A stretch of DNA of 62,871 nucleotides, counting the filler. It is 4 parts of 4 records of this genome, joined end to end, with 100 filler letters (N's around TTAATTAATTAA, not from the genome) between each part and the next. Parts side by side here need not be neighbours in the genome. Positions count along the whole stretch, not along the records: positions 31,161 to 62,871 come from SRR22947727_3536; 3 more parts are not named here. One strand, written 5' to 3'. How positions within the stretch are numbered: the first letter of the stretch is position 1; the number at the start of each line of letters is the position of its first letter. Positions 39,206 to 49,833 of the stretch are shown in pieces. Both the position numbers and the translations under genes were made by a program. Under the pieces are notes generated by a model. It did not search any database, was not told the DNA's origin, and saw only the letters and a list, made by a program, of their open reading frames with translations.

Positions 39206-42028
39206 CTATTTCAGCGCAAGGAGCAAACGCACCGAATCAATCCGCAATCGGGAGTTGTCAATATGGTCGGCAAGCAACTCGCGATGGGCCTTGGCAGCTT
39301 CGATCTCGCTGTCGCGAACCGGATGCTCCATTTCCTGCAGGGTCTCCAATCGGCGAATCTCGGCATCGAAGTGATCCTTCATGTCATTTTTCGCGCGATG
39401 ACGCACGTTTTCGGCAATGTCGGCACAGGATTTCTCGGCGGCATCTAACAGCTTCGGCACAGTAGCGCGGAGAGCGCCGGCTTTACTTCGAAGCCACTCG
39501 GTCGGTCCGGGGCGGCCGTTGCTTCGGATTTTCTCGATCGAGAAATCACCGGTCCGGTTGCGTCCTTTTTGATCGACGATCTGACGAATCGGCTGTGGCG
39601 GCATAAAGCGATCAGCGTGAAGTTCACCCGGGGCAACGCACTCAAGCATGCACACGATCTCAACCATGAAAAGTTGTTCGCCAGCGCCTTCGAATCGGAA
39701 AAAGCCGGCGTTTCCGCGATCAGAAGCGAGAAGACTGTCCATCGCGCTCATCACCATCGGGTGATCTGCTGACAGGAATGTGAGTTCTTCGCGGGCAAGG
39801 GCAGTGGCACGATCAAACGTGACCGACATGCCCTCTTCGGGAAGAGTCGGGAAAACTTCGGCAGAGAAAAGGTGCTCGGGAAGCAGTAAATAACTCCGCT
39901 CGTCGAGGTCATCAACGGTGACGCCAAAGTGATCGCACAAGTTGATCATGAGCTGTTCAAGCCGCTGATCTTCATCGAGTTCTTCAACTTGTGATTTGAG
40001 GGCTTCGCCCTGATCCCGGTCAAATGAACTCATTTCGAGAAGGTGATCTCGACCTTCGTCGAGCTGCTTATCAATTTTGACTTTGAAAGCTGCCGTCTTT
40101 TTAATCAGTTTCGGAAGGGCTGCATCGCGTTTGTCATCCGGCTCATCGACAAGCGCTTGAAGCCCATCGTGGAATTCGCGATAAATCGCGCCGCCGCCAT
40201 GAACCGTTTGTTCAAAGGCGTTGAGACCACGGTGATACCACATAGCATAAAGCTCTTCAGCTGTTCCTTCGATAAACGGAACGTGAATGTGAATGTCGCT
40301 GGTTTGACCAATCCGATCAAGGCGACCAATTCGTTGCTCCAGAAGACCGGGATCGTCGGGAAGATCAAAAAGCACGAGGTGATGGGCGAACTGAAAATTA
40401 CGGCCCTCACTTCCAATTTCAGAACAGAGCAAAATGCGGGCACCGCCGATATCATCCGCAAACCAGGCTGCGTTTTTGTCGCGCTGCAGAAGGCTGAGGC
40501 CTTCGTGAAACATCGCAGCAGTCGCGCTGATTTTCTCGCGAAGCGCTGCTTCAATCTTCTCGACAAGTTCTTGTGTCTTTGTGATTAGAAGAATTTTTTC
40601 ACCCACTTCAAGGCTGACAATGAATTCCGCGAGCCAATCGATTTTTGCTTCAAATGCCTTGGCTGAATCAGATTCCAAGGGAGCGAGATGAGCAATCCGT
40701 TTCGGAAAATTCGTCATCACCGTACGACGATTGCGAAAGAGAACGCGACCGGGACCATGGAGGTCTACCAGAGCAGACGTCCAGATGGCGCGTTGCTGAA
40801 TCGTGTCGTCGTTTTCGAGTGATTCAACGGCTTCATCCCCGAGGAGGTCGGCCATTATATTGCTCAGCTCTTCGGAAAGCGCCTCTCCGGAATCGAGAGC
40901 ATCAGCGAGCTTCGAAACTTCACGATAACGCTCGGATTCAGCGATGAATTCATCGAGATCAGAAAAGCGATTGGGATCGAGCAAGCGGAGGCGTGCAAAA
41001 TGACCTTCGCGACCAAGCTGTTCGGGCGTCGCTGTAAGCAACAACATTCCCTCTGAATGTTCAGCAATCGCAGCCACTGCATCGTAGGCAGGGCTGGATT
41101 CTTCGACGGTCCATTCTAAGTGATGAGCTTCATCAACGATGGTGAGATCCCACCCACCGGAAGCAGCCTGTTCAGCGCGCTTCGGATTATTCGCGATCCA
41201 TGACGTTGCGCAGATGATGTGCTGGTCGTCATAAAACGGGTTCACACCTTTAGCCGCGCCTTCGCTGTTTTCGATGGAGAGCGCGCGCTCTTCATCAAAA
41301 ATCGCGAACGACATCGAGAATTTCCGATAGAGCTCAACGAACCACTGGTTGACCAGCGCATCGGGAACGAGAATGAGGATGCGGTTGGCGCGTCCTGTCA
41401 TGTGAAGCCGCTGTAAAATCAGGCAGGCTTCAATCGTTTTACCCAAACCCACTTCGTCTGCCAGTAAAACGCGGGGAGCATTCCGATTGGCGACTTCGTT
41501 GGCGATGTAAAGCTGATGAGGAATCAATGATACTCGCGCGCCAGTGAGGCCGCGAACATCACTGCTGCGGCCTTCGTAAAGGTTTCGCAGAGCAGACTGA
41601 CGCAGTGCCCAGACCTTTGGTTCATCTGCGATTCCGGCGAGCAAACGTTGTTCGGGACGCTGAACACTTAGGGTGTCTGACAAATTCGATTCCGGCAGCT
41701 CGTTGCCATCGGCATCGATGTAGGTCAGCCGTTGTTCTTCTTCGCGAACCGAGGCAACGGTGAATGCTTTGCCGTCGTTGTCTTTGATGTTGTCACCTTG
41801 CTCAAAAGCGACCCGACGAAGCGGAGCGGAGCGTGCTGCGTAGGTAATCGTTTCTCCCGTTGCCGGGAAAAGCGCTTGGACCTGGGCGTTATTGCAGGAG
41901 ACGATCAGCGCCAACCCAAGCTCAGCCTGGGTTTCACTAATCCATCGTTGACCGGGCGCAAATTGGCTCGGATCGGTTTTTTCGAGATTGTGGCGGGAGG
42001 ATCTCATCCAAAAGTTTTTAAGGGGCAC
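39206..42028 (-). CDS. rapA: RNA polymerase-associated SWI/SNF ATPase RapA (start uncertain)
   Basis: GQRWISET, LIPHQLYIA, LLADEVGLGKTIEA, VDEAHH, LLTATPEQLG, CSEIGSEGRNFQF, LEQRIGRLDRIGQ. Confidence 0.96.
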   Translation of the reverse strand: MPLKNFWMRSSRHNLEKTDPSQFAPGQRWISETQAELGLALIVSCNNAQVQALFPATGETITYAARSAPLRRVAFEQGDNIKDNDGKAFTVASVREEEQRLTYIDADGNELPESNLSDTLSVQRPEQRLLAGIADEPKVWALRQSALRNLYEGRSSDVRGLTGARVSLIPHQLYIANEVANRNAPRVLLADEVGLGKTIEACLILQRLHMTGRANRILILVPDALVNQWFVELYRKFSMSFAIFDEERALSIENSEGAAKGVNPFYDDQHIICATSWIANNPKRAEQAASGGWDLTIVDEAHHLEWTVEESSPAYDAVAAIAEHSEGMLLLTATPEQLGREGHFARLRLLDPNRFSDLDEFIAESERYREVSKLADALDSGEALSEELSNIMADLLGDEAVESLENDDTIQQRAIWTSALVDLHGPGRVLFRNRRTVMTNFPKRIAHLAPLESDSAKAFEAKIDWLAEFIVSLEVGEKILLITKTQELVEKIEAALREKISATAAMFHEGLSLLQRDKNAAWFADDIGGARILLCSEIGSEGRNFQFAHHLVLFDLPDDPGLLEQRIGRLDRIGQTSDIHIHVPFIEGTAEELYAMWYHRGLNAFEQTVHGGGAIYREFHDGLQALVDEPDDKRDAALPKLIKKTAAFKVKIDKQLDEGRDHLLEMSSFDRDQGEALKSQVEELDEDQRLEQLMINLCDHFGVTVDDLDERSYLLLPEHLFSAEVFPTLPEEGMSVTFDRATALAREELTFLSADHPMVMSAMDSLLASDRGNAGFFRFEGAGEQLFMVEIVCMLECVAPGELHADRFMPPQPIRQIVDQKGRNRTGDFSIEKIRSNGRPGPTEWLRSKAGALRATVPKLLDAAEKSCADIAENVRHRAKNDMKDHFDAEIRRLETLQEMEHPVRDSEIEAAKAHRELLADHIDNSRLRIDSVRLLLALK

Positions 42029-42180
42029 GATCCTAAACCCTTATTGCGCCCTTGCTAGTCCGAAGCAGAGCAATTTCCAGAATTTTTTATCGGAACGTGA
42101 GGAAAAATCGATGTCTTTGTCGAACAACAGCCACGAACGGGGGATTTGTCGGACGCTGAAGTCCTGATACCGTTCGGGTT

Positions 42181-43137
42181 ATGAAACGATTTGCAATCTC
42201 ATTTCTCGCCTTTGCCTTGGCGCTCTGCGCGCCGGACAGTGTTCTTGCACAGGATTCGAAAAAGTCTGCCGAGAAATCAAAAGCGAAGAAAAAGAAAAAA
42301 ACGCCTCCGGGGCCGTTTAGCTGGGTTTCTCCGGTATCCGCATCGAAACTGAGGACGCTTCCCAATGTGTCTCACGGGACTTTTAAAAGTGCCTCGATGA
42401 GCGTCGATGTCGGTTACTACGTTTACCTTCCGACGGGGTATCAAGCGCCCGAGAACGCCGACAAAAAATACCCGGTCGTTTATCATCTGCACGGTGGCCG
42501 TCCCGGAGGAGAGGGGAAAAGCGTGTCTCTCGCGAGTTTCATCCACAAGGCGATGGAAGCCGGAGACATTCAGCCGACGATCTACGTGTGGCCGAATGGT
42601 GGTCCGATGAGCTGGTACAATTACCCGCAAAAAGAAATCGGTATGGGTGAAGATGTCTTCATCAACGAGACGATTCCTCACATTGATAAAACCTACCGGA
42701 CGTTTGGAGCGCGCGAAAAACGAGGTATTCAGGGGTTTTCTCAAGGCGGTCGCGGAACGACGCGCATCATGTTTAAGCATCCTGAGCTATTTGGTTCCAC
42801 TGCCCCTGGCGGATCCGGCTACGGTCCTGAAAAGACGATTCAGGAAAACGACGGCAAAGAATCCGAGAACGTGGTTTTTGAAAAAGGCTACAACGCCTGG
42901 GATCTTGCTAAAGTGTATGCTGATCGCAAAGATGCCCCGAAGCTGAAGCCGATGATTTGGGTGGGAACAGCGGGGTTTAATTACGAGACGAATCTGCAAT
43001 TCATGGAATACCTCGAAGAGCTCGGGATTCCTTACGAAAAGCTGATTTCACCGGATTCGCCTCACAGTACGGTTGACATATACAAGAAGAAGGGACTAGA
43101 ACTGATGCAGTTCCACGATCGGAATTTTGGGAAGTGA
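42181..43137 (+). CDS. secreted alpha/beta-hydrolase (esterase family, CE1-like)
   Basis: Signal peptide; YVYLPTGY, YPVVYHLHGG, IPHIDKTYRT, GFSQGG nucleophile elbow. Confidence 0.88.
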   Translation: MKRFAISFLAFALALCAPDSVLAQDSKKSAEKSKAKKKKKTPPGPFSWVSPVSASKLRTLPNVSHGTFKSASMSVDVGYYVYLPTGYQAPENADKKYPVVYHLHGGRPGGEGKSVSLASFIHKAMEAGDIQPTIYVWPNGGPMSWYNYPQKEIGMGEDVFINETIPHIDKTYRTFGAREKRGIQGFSQGGRGTTRIMFKHPELFGSTAPGGSGYGPEKTIQENDGKESENVVFEKGYNAWDLAKVYADRKDAPKLKPMIWVGTAGFNYETNLQFMEYLEELGIPYEKLISPDSPHSTVDIYKKKGLELMQFHDRNFGK

Positions 43138-43145
43138 GCTGAGCG

Positions 43146-43194
43146 TTACGAAGCAACAGTATCCGTTCAACGACCCAACTCTCTTTGATGGGAA
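43146..43194. repeat. palindromic repeat, degenerate copy F
   Basis: ttacgaagcaacagtatccgttca is identical to the first half of copy G. Confidence 0.75.
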
Positions 43195-43319
43195 GCGACC
43201 CGATTGCCCCTTTCAGTTTGTGAATTGCATGGGAATTGGGACAAAGTTGGCTTGTTCTTTTTTGCATCATCGATACGATTGATCTGTCGGAACCCGCGTT
43301 AAAAAACCAATCCCAAAGC

Positions 43320-43880
43320 ATGGGAGGAACCAAGATCGAAATTGATAAAAAAACGACTCAAAAAGGAAACACTCAAGCGCGGATCGCCACCGCCGTCACG
43401 ACTTCAGCGATGTCGCTAACGCTGTTGAGCACGATGCAAAACCCACTACAAGCCCAGGATTTGCGGGAGCAGCGTCGAATTGATCCGGCTGCTAAAGCTG
43501 AACTGACTAAGGAGCAGGTTGCCAACAAATTTTTAGACTTTGGCTACAATTATTGCGACGCCAAGGTGCTGGCTAAGTACTGGAAGCAACGCGATCCGTA
43601 TGATGCCAAGATTACTATGGGCCAAAAGCTTTGGAACCTAAGTGCAGACGATTCAGATCAAATCGTTCGCGATGCCCGGGCGGAGGCGTTGAAGAAGTCT
43701 GACAAAAATCTTCCTGCTTATTTCGACGATGGTGGCTATACCTATGACGATGCTAAGCTTCTGGCTGGGTATTGGGGCTCAGAAGATACGCGGGAGTCCA
43801 AAATGACGATGTCGCGCCTTCTGATCGGCGGTCACGATAAAGTGATCAAAGCCGCTTTGAACTCTGCGACACGTCTCTAA
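43320..43880 (+). CDS. secreted hypothetical protein with two GYxYxDAKxLAxYW repeats
   Basis: Hydrophobic leader ending LQA; repeats FGYNYCDAKVLAKYW...DAKITMG and GGYTYDDAKLLAGYW...ESKMTMS. Confidence 0.75.
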   Translation: MGGTKIEIDKKTTQKGNTQARIATAVTTSAMSLTLLSTMQNPLQAQDLREQRRIDPAAKAELTKEQVANKFLDFGYNYCDAKVLAKYWKQRDPYDAKITMGQKLWNLSADDSDQIVRDARAEALKKSDKNLPAYFDDGGYTYDDAKLLAGYWGSEDTRESKMTMSRLLIGGHDKVIKAALNSATRL

Positions 43881-44177
43881 ATGAATTCCGATTTGCCCAA
43901 TCTTCAGAGACTCGAAACTCCCGGTCGCATTGGGTTTGAAATCGAGCAGCTGGATCCAAAGGGGCGTAGCAGAAAAGATCTTGCGGAAGCGATTGCTGAA
44001 CAATTCGGTGGTCGCGTCCGTCGTTTTTTCCATCCACAGGGCGAAAACAGCAAGGCCGCGCGAACGCCGTTTTTCGAAAACCTCACGCTCGGGTTTGTCG
44101 TTGAAGATCAGGCAGGTGAGACGCTGGCTCAATGCGTGCTTTTTGCGGCTAATGATGCAGCACGCGGACGCCACTGA
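43881..44177 (+). pseudogene. N-terminal fragment of a putative amidoligase (COOH-NH2 ligase) family protein
   Basis: RIGFEIEQL, SRKDLAEAIA, GGRVRRFFHPQ, FENLTLGF recalled as an amidoligase N-terminus; breaks after about 86 aa. Confidence 0.6.
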
Positions 44178-44537
44178 GGCCGAGGAAAATAAGAATCACC
44201 GAGCGACTTTGAGCGCTCCATTTGAGGAAGATCACGCAGAGCCCGAAAATCAATGCCAACCAAACGAGGCTCACTGTCACTTGCCGAAGCGACTCGCCCG
44301 ATTTTTTGCGAAGCGGGTGATTGTAAAACCCCTGAAACTCCAGCACGATAGGAGAAACCGGAATGATGACGGCTAGAAGCCAGAAAAAGCGGGTGAATTC
44401 GGGGATTTCTGTAAGAAATTCAGTGCGGACTCCGAATTCAAATAGCACGGTATGGGCTAACCAAAAAAATGACACCAAGCATGACGCCATCCAGAAACTG
44501 CGCGAGCTTCATTTGGATTTCGTGACGCGGGTTCATT
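44149..44537 (-). pseudogene. frameshifted 5' fragment of a polyprenyl glycosylphosphotransferase (WcaJ/sugar transferase-like)
   Basis: MNPRHEIQMKLAQFLDGVMLGV, then a +1 shift in a T7 run (44463-44469) to FWLAHTV...PIVLEFQGFY...SRSVILIF; catalytic domain absent. Confidence 0.6.
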
Positions 44538-44606
44538 AGTTTAGTTTTTATAAATTTTAATAATTGTTAATAAATTTAGTATTTTTTTAAATTTTTTCCA
44601 TCTGAA

Positions 44607-45317
44607 ATGAAAGATTTTTTAATAAATTTAAAAACTCCTCAAACAGTCGCAACTGTCACAACCTCAGACGATTTAGCATTTCTGATGGATTTGGTGGATG
44701 TGGGTAAATCTGAGCTTGTGAATATTGCGGATATTTTCGAATTCAGGATTGATAATTTCTACGAACTCGGGGAGTTGGCTCAATCGATGCTCCTGATGAA
44801 AGGGTTACATGCGCCGGTTCTTCTGACTGCCCGGCATCCGTCAGAAGGAGGTGTGGCTAAGGCCTTTGCTGAAAACAAAGTTCGTGCTGATTTGCTTTCG
44901 AAGTGCATGCGCTTTGCATCGCTTGTAGATGTTGAGATTGCTCAGTTTGATGATTTGGCTTCCAAATTAGAGTTTTCTTGCCCGATTGTGGGTTCGAGTC
45001 ACGATTTCGAAAAACCGATCCCGCTCGAGGAAATTCGAAAACAGGTCGATTTTTGCAGAGACCGGGGAATTGATATCGCGAAATTTGCGATGGTTATTGA
45101 AACAACTGATCAGCTGTCTGAATTGGCGGAATTCGTGTCGAAGACTGGCGAATCCGGCCAATTAATCAGCGCAATGGGAATGGGACCGCTGGGCCGAGAG
45201 TCGCGGATTGAGCTTGCTGCGACTGGTTCGTGCCTCAACTACGGCTATCTTCAGCACGAAAACGCACCCGGCCAATGGCCTGCGAAGGAATTGAAGCGAT
45301 TGATCTCGAAGGCGTGA
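44607..45317 (+). CDS. aroD: type I 3-dehydroquinate dehydratase
   Basis: FEFRID, LLTARHPSEGG, VDVE, SSHDF, IAKFA (Schiff-base Lys), MGMGPLGRESR, APGQW. Confidence 0.92.
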   Translation: MKDFLINLKTPQTVATVTTSDDLAFLMDLVDVGKSELVNIADIFEFRIDNFYELGELAQSMLLMKGLHAPVLLTARHPSEGGVAKAFAENKVRADLLSKCMRFASLVDVEIAQFDDLASKLEFSCPIVGSSHDFEKPIPLEEIRKQVDFCRDRGIDIAKFAMVIETTDQLSELAEFVSKTGESGQLISAMGMGPLGRESRIELAATGSCLNYGYLQHENAPGQWPAKELKRLISKA

Positions 45318-45341
45318 TTTTCGATTCGACGATTTCAAAGC

Positions 45342-45764
45342 TCAATCAGATCCCAAAAGCGGCAAATGCTTCACTGAATGGCAAGTGAGCGCTAATTGGA
45401 TGCACTTTCGCAGGGCGGCGACTTCGATATTTTCGGCAACCGATAATCTGATCACCCGATTCCCTTCGAATTCGAGATGTGGAAAAAGCGTCCGAAACGT
45501 CTCGATCAATGACGTCTGGCAGTGGAAAAACAGTCGATAGAAATCGGGATCTTTTACATTCCATCCCACTCTAATTGTTGAACCCTTGGGTGAAAGGTAA
45601 CTGGGTTCGCCCCATTTCAAGGTTTCTTCAATATGGGTATTCTCTAATCCAAGTTTGGAAGAAAAGTCAAAAACCAGTTCACGAAGTTCGAGCAGACGTC
45701 GTCGCGATAGTTCGGGTAGCATTCGAAAAACCATTTCGACCTGTGTGTCAGTGAATGCGGTCAT
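45342..45764 (-). CDS. DUF1801 (YdhG-like) protein
   Basis: LLELRELV, EETLKWGEPSY, GSTIR, FFHCQTSLIETFR, FEGNR. Confidence 0.85.
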   Translation of the reverse strand: MTAFTDTQVEMVFRMLPELSRRRLLELRELVFDFSSKLGLENTHIEETLKWGEPSYLSPKGSTIRVGWNVKDPDFYRLFFHCQTSLIETFRTLFPHLEFEGNRVIRLSVAENIEVAALRKCIQLALTCHSVKHLPLLGSD

Positions 45765-46049
45765 TTATCGAAACGCGCCGACCGCGAAAATTGCAACGAT
45801 GCAAAGCAAATGCCCATACTGGATGAACAAAACATCGATTTTGGTGGGGTTCATCGGCCGCTTCCAAACAATCCAGAAAGTGAGCCATACGAATGGGATT
45901 AATGAGGCTAGCGTGACCTTGAATAACTGGCCGAAATCAAACAGCAGTAACCCAAATGCCAGGAGTAAAATCTCGAGGCAGACAAAAACGATAATCGCCG
46001 TCCGATAGCGAGGGCTGATTTCCTTTCGAAGACCAGTTCCTGGTTTCAT
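45765..46049 (-). CDS. small membrane hypothetical protein
   Basis: Three hydrophobic segments; abuts the DUF1801 start. Confidence 0.6.
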   Translation of the reverse strand: MKPGTGLRKEISPRYRTAIIVFVCLEILLLAFGLLLFDFGQLFKVTLASLIPFVWLTFWIVWKRPMNPTKIDVLFIQYGHLLCIVAIFAVGAFR

Positions 46050-46088
46050 CTAGTTTGAGCCTCTTCCGAATAAACGGGCCTTACATTC

Positions 46089-46142
46089 TTTTACGAAGCA
46101 ACAGTATCCGTTCAGCGAACAGACCCAGTTGGATCGTGAAAA
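46089..46142. repeat. palindromic intergenic repeat, copy G
   Basis: ttttacgaagcaacagtatccgttcagcgaacagacccagttggatcgtgaaaa, adjacent to the sdhB stop. Confidence 0.9.
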
Positions 46143-46143
46143 C

Positions 46144-46896
46144 CTAGCTGACCGCCTCTTTAACCGCAGCCACTGCGTAGTCGCGGTTGAGTTTTGCAAT
46201 CACGTCCGCGCTGATCGTTTTCGGGCAAACGGCTTCGCACTCGTATTGGTTGGTGCAGTTGCCGAATCCTTCAGCATCCATCGTTCGGACCATCGCAAGG
46301 GTGCGGGAGTCTTTCTCAGGCTGACCTTGAGGAAGGTGATTGAGGTGAGCGGCCTTTGCGCCAACGAAAAGCATCGCGCTGGCATTTTTGCAGGCAGCAA
46401 CGCAGGCGCCGCAACCAATGCATGCAGCTGCATCAAAAGCATCGTCTGCGTCTGGTTTTGCGATTGGAATCGCGTTGGCATCAACTGCTGAACCTGTGCG
46501 GACAGAAATGTAACCACCAGAAGCAATGATCCGGTCAAACGAACTGCGGTCAACGACGAGGTCTTTCACGATTGGGAAAGCCATTGCACGAAAAGGTTCG
46601 ATGAAAATGGTGTCGCCATCTCTGAATTTCCGCATGTGAAGCTGGCACGTTGTCACGGCATTTTCTTTGCCATGCGGGACGCCGTTGATGGTCAGCGAGC
46701 ACATGCCGCAGATACCTTCGCGACAATCGTGATCAAAGTGAATCGGGTCGGATCCACTGTCGATGATGTCAGTATTTACGATATCGAGCATTTCGAGAAA
46801 CGACGCTTCGGATGGAATGTCCTTGGCTTCGTAGACTTCGATTTTACCCTCGGCGCTTGGGTTGGGTTGACGCCAGACTTTAAGTGTGAAGTTCAT
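46144..46896 (-). CDS. sdhB: succinate dehydrogenase/fumarate reductase iron-sulfur subunit
   Basis: [44 protein letters not shown]. Confidence 0.97.
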   Translation of the reverse strand: MNFTLKVWRQPNPSAEGKIEVYEAKDIPSEASFLEMLDIVNTDIIDSGSDPIHFDHDCREGICGMCSLTINGVPHGKENAVTTCQLHMRKFRDGDTIFIEPFRAMAFPIVKDLVVDRSSFDRIIASGGYISVRTGSAVDANAIPIAKPDADDAFDAAACIGCGACVAACKNASAMLFVGAKAAHLNHLPQGQPEKDSRTLAMVRTMDAEGFGNCTNQYECEAVCPKTISADVIAKLNRDYAVAAVKEAVS

Positions 46897-46920
46897 CTTC
46901 GGAAAAGGTTTCGTGGAAAA

Positions 46921-48870
46921 TTATTTGTAGGATCGTACGCTGAGTTCGACACTTTCAAATTCGAGCATTTCTTTATGTAAAATCGGCTTTTCGCCAGCAC
47001 CTGCATGTTCCCATGCTGAAACATAAGTGAATTCGTCGTCATGGCGCTTTGCTTCACCATCATCGAATTGGTGCTCAGCCCGGAAGTGACCACCGCAAGA
47101 TTCCTCTCGGTCCAGGGCGTCGTGACACATGACTTCGGCGAAGTCGATAAAGTCAGCCACGCGACCAGCCTTTTCGAGTTCCATGTTCAAACCGTCTGCC
47201 GTACCGGGGATGCGAACATCGTCCCAAAACGCTTTGCGGATTGCAGGAATCTTTTCGAGAGCCTCTTTGAGCCCTTCTTCGGTGCGTTCCATTCCGCATT
47301 TATCCCAGACCAGAAGCCCGAGTTCGCGGTGAAAGCTATCGACTGAACGCGAACCCTTGATGTTCATCAGTTTTTCGATGCGATCGGTAACGTCTTTTTC
47401 CGCTGCATCAAATTCGGGCATGTCAGTGGTGATCGTGCCTGGAGTTTCCTCTGCCAGGTAAACGGGAAGGGTTGCGGGGATGACGAAGTAGCCATCTGCG
47501 AGCCCTTGCATCAGCGCGGAGGCACCGAGACGGTTTGCACCGTGATCCGAGAAATTCGCTTCTCCAAGAACGTGCAGGCCTTTCAAGTTCGACATCAGAT
47601 TGTAATCCACCCAAAGCCCGCCCATCGTGTAGTGAACCGCTGGGTAAATCTTCATGGGAACCTGGTAAGGGTTCTCTCCGGAGATTTTCTCATACATCTG
47701 GAAAAGGTTTCCATAACGAGCTCGGATCGTATCTTCACCGAGGCGTTCGATTGCATCGCTGAAGTCAAGAAAGACTCCCAAGCCTGTTGTTGAGACGCCG
47801 CGGCCTTCGTCGCAGGCTTCCTTCGCTGAGCGGGAAGAAATATCACGTGGAGCCAGGTTACCAAACGATGGGTATTTCCGCTCCAAATAGTAATCGCGAT
47901 CGTCTTCAGCGATGTCTACAGCGGTTTTCTTACCCTCGCGGATCGCCGCAGCATCTTCCTTGGTTTTAGGCACCCAAATTCGGCCGTCATTTCGGAGTGA
48001 CTCAGACATCAGCGTCAATTTGGACTGATAATCACCACTCACCGGGATACAAGTCGGGTGAATCTGCGTGTAGCATGGGTTTGCCATGTAAGCACCCCGT
48101 TTGCACGCCCGGAACGAGGCCATCACATTGCAACCCATCGCATTGGTAGAAAGGTAGAAAACGTTTCCGTATCCACCTGTCGCAAGGATCACGGCGTCCG
48201 CCGCGTGACGCGAAATTTCACCAGTTTTGAGATCCCGAACGATAATTCCTTTGGCGTGATCATTCACAAGAACCAGATCAAGCATCTCAGTCCGGGTAAA
48301 CATCTCGACTCCACCACTATCGATCTCTTTTTCCAAAGCCTGATAGCAACCGATCAAAAGCTGCTGACCCGTCTGGCCGCGAGCGTAAAACGTTCGACTC
48401 ACCTGAGCACCGCCAAATGAGCGGTTGGCAAGCAATCCACCGTATTCACGAGCAAATGGAACCCCCTGAGCGACGCACTGGTCGATAATATTCACGCTAC
48501 ACTCCGCAAGTCGGTGCACGTTTGCTTCACGAGAACGAAAGTCCCCGCCTTTTATCGTGTCGTAGAAGAGGCGATGAACTGAGTCACCATCATTCTGGTA
48601 ATTCTTTGCCCCGTTGATTCCACCCTGAGCTGCAATCGAATGCGCACGGCGAGGGCTGTCCTGGTAGCAAAAGCATTTCACTTGATAGCCAAGCTCGCTG
48701 AGAGTTGCTGCGGCTGAGCCGCCGGCCAGGCCGGAACCCACAACAATCACGGAAAACTTCCGCTTATTTGCCGGGTTGATCAGCTTGGCTTTGTCTTTGA
48801 AATTAGTCCACTTGTCCGCAACTGGTCCTGCGGGAATTTTGGAATCGAGTGTGTCGCCGTTGGATGACAT
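46921..48870 (-). CDS. sdhA: succinate dehydrogenase/fumarate reductase flavoprotein subunit
   Basis: [59 protein letters not shown]. Confidence 0.98.
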   Translation of the reverse strand: MSSNGDTLDSKIPAGPVADKWTNFKDKAKLINPANKRKFSVIVVGSGLAGGSAAATLSELGYQVKCFCYQDSPRRAHSIAAQGGINGAKNYQNDGDSVHRLFYDTIKGGDFRSREANVHRLAECSVNIIDQCVAQGVPFAREYGGLLANRSFGGAQVSRTFYARGQTGQQLLIGCYQALEKEIDSGGVEMFTRTEMLDLVLVNDHAKGIIVRDLKTGEISRHAADAVILATGGYGNVFYLSTNAMGCNVMASFRACKRGAYMANPCYTQIHPTCIPVSGDYQSKLTLMSESLRNDGRIWVPKTKEDAAAIREGKKTAVDIAEDDRDYYLERKYPSFGNLAPRDISSRSAKEACDEGRGVSTTGLGVFLDFSDAIERLGEDTIRARYGNLFQMYEKISGENPYQVPMKIYPAVHYTMGGLWVDYNLMSNLKGLHVLGEANFSDHGANRLGASALMQGLADGYFVIPATLPVYLAEETPGTITTDMPEFDAAEKDVTDRIEKLMNIKGSRSVDSFHRELGLLVWDKCGMERTEEGLKEALEKIPAIRKAFWDDVRIPGTADGLNMELEKAGRVADFIDFAEVMCHDALDREESCGGHFRAEHQFDDGEAKRHDDEFTYVSAWEHAGAGEKPILHKEMLEFESVELSVRSYK

Positions 48871-48916
48871 TGTAATAAAAAAGGGGTCGGGAGTCAGAAT
48901 TCGAAGGTTTCACAAA

Positions 48917-49672
48917 TCAATTTTCGGAAACCAGGACGGGTTCAGGTTTTACAACGGCGGCTGCCTTTGCTTTGTCTTTGATCCCCAGTAGAACTGAGAC
49001 TGGTGTTGCAAGAAAACCGATCCAGAGAACCACTGAAACGGCTAAACCAATCGATTTGGTCAAACCCCGGCTCTTTTTGGAACGGAGTCCGAGGGTTTGG
49101 AAAATCGAAGCAATTCCGTGGCTGAGGTGAGAGCAGAGAAGGGTTACGCCGATGATGTAGAAAATGGTGACCAGTGGGTTTTTGAATCCAGCTGAAACCA
49201 TTGCGTAGACATCATGACGCTCGACGCCATCAACCGTTTCTTTCATGCCAGCCAGGTTTTCGTCGACCCGAACGGTGAAGTGAAGAATGTGAAAGACAAC
49301 AAACGCCAAGACGGTGAGGCCTGACCAGATCATGATTCGCGAACTCTTCGAAGCTACGTTGGTTTCCTCATAAGCATATTTGCTCTGACGAGCCGCTTTA
49401 TTCAATCTCACTAGCGAAATGGTAGCTACGATGTGGACGAGGAACGCAGCAAGAATGCCAATTCGAGCACCCCAGATTCCCCAGCCGTGAAGCATGTGAT
49501 GAAGAAAAGCGGCGTATTCATTCAAATCCTCCTTACCTTGGAAAAACAACAGATTACCGGCCATGTGACCGAGAAGAAAGAGGACCAACATGGCTCCTGA
49601 CAAAGCGACAATAATTTTCTTGCCGACGGAGGACTTCCAAAATTGAACGAGTGCGTTCGCGAGAGAATTCAT
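48917..49672 (-). CDS. sdhC: succinate dehydrogenase cytochrome b subunit
   Basis: SSVGKKIIVALSG, GHMAGNL, heme-ligand His in TM helices, HLSHGIASIFQTLG. Confidence 0.95.
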   Translation of the reverse strand: MNSLANALVQFWKSSVGKKIIVALSGAMLVLFLLGHMAGNLLFFQGKEDLNEYAAFLHHMLHGWGIWGARIGILAAFLVHIVATISLVRLNKAARQSKYAYEETNVASKSSRIMIWSGLTVLAFVVFHILHFTVRVDENLAGMKETVDGVERHDVYAMVSAGFKNPLVTIFYIIGVTLLCSHLSHGIASIFQTLGLRSKKSRGLTKSIGLAVSVVLWIGFLATPVSVLLGIKDKAKAAAVVKPEPVLVSEN

Positions 49673-49767
49673 TGATTACTGAACAGAGAACAAAAAGGTT
49701 TCGGAGTTCTAAACCATTACGCGCCGCAAAAGCAAGGAGATGGGTGCAAAAGACGCGAAAAAGACAA

Positions 49768-49818
49768 AAAGCGATCAAATAGGGGCTGTTCGATGAATGA
49801 AGCCTGTTGGATCGAGAC
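49768..49818. repeat. palindromic repeat, copy H
   Basis: gcgatcaaataggggctgttcgatgaatgaagcctgttggatcgaga, 3' of rsmI. Confidence 0.75.
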
Positions 49819-49833
49819 GTTGAAAACAACCTA

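Noticed and set aside
44538..44606. Very AT-rich stretch (also 52790-53010) considered as a replication origin
   Set aside because: No DnaA-box cluster seen; best explained as divergent promoter regions.
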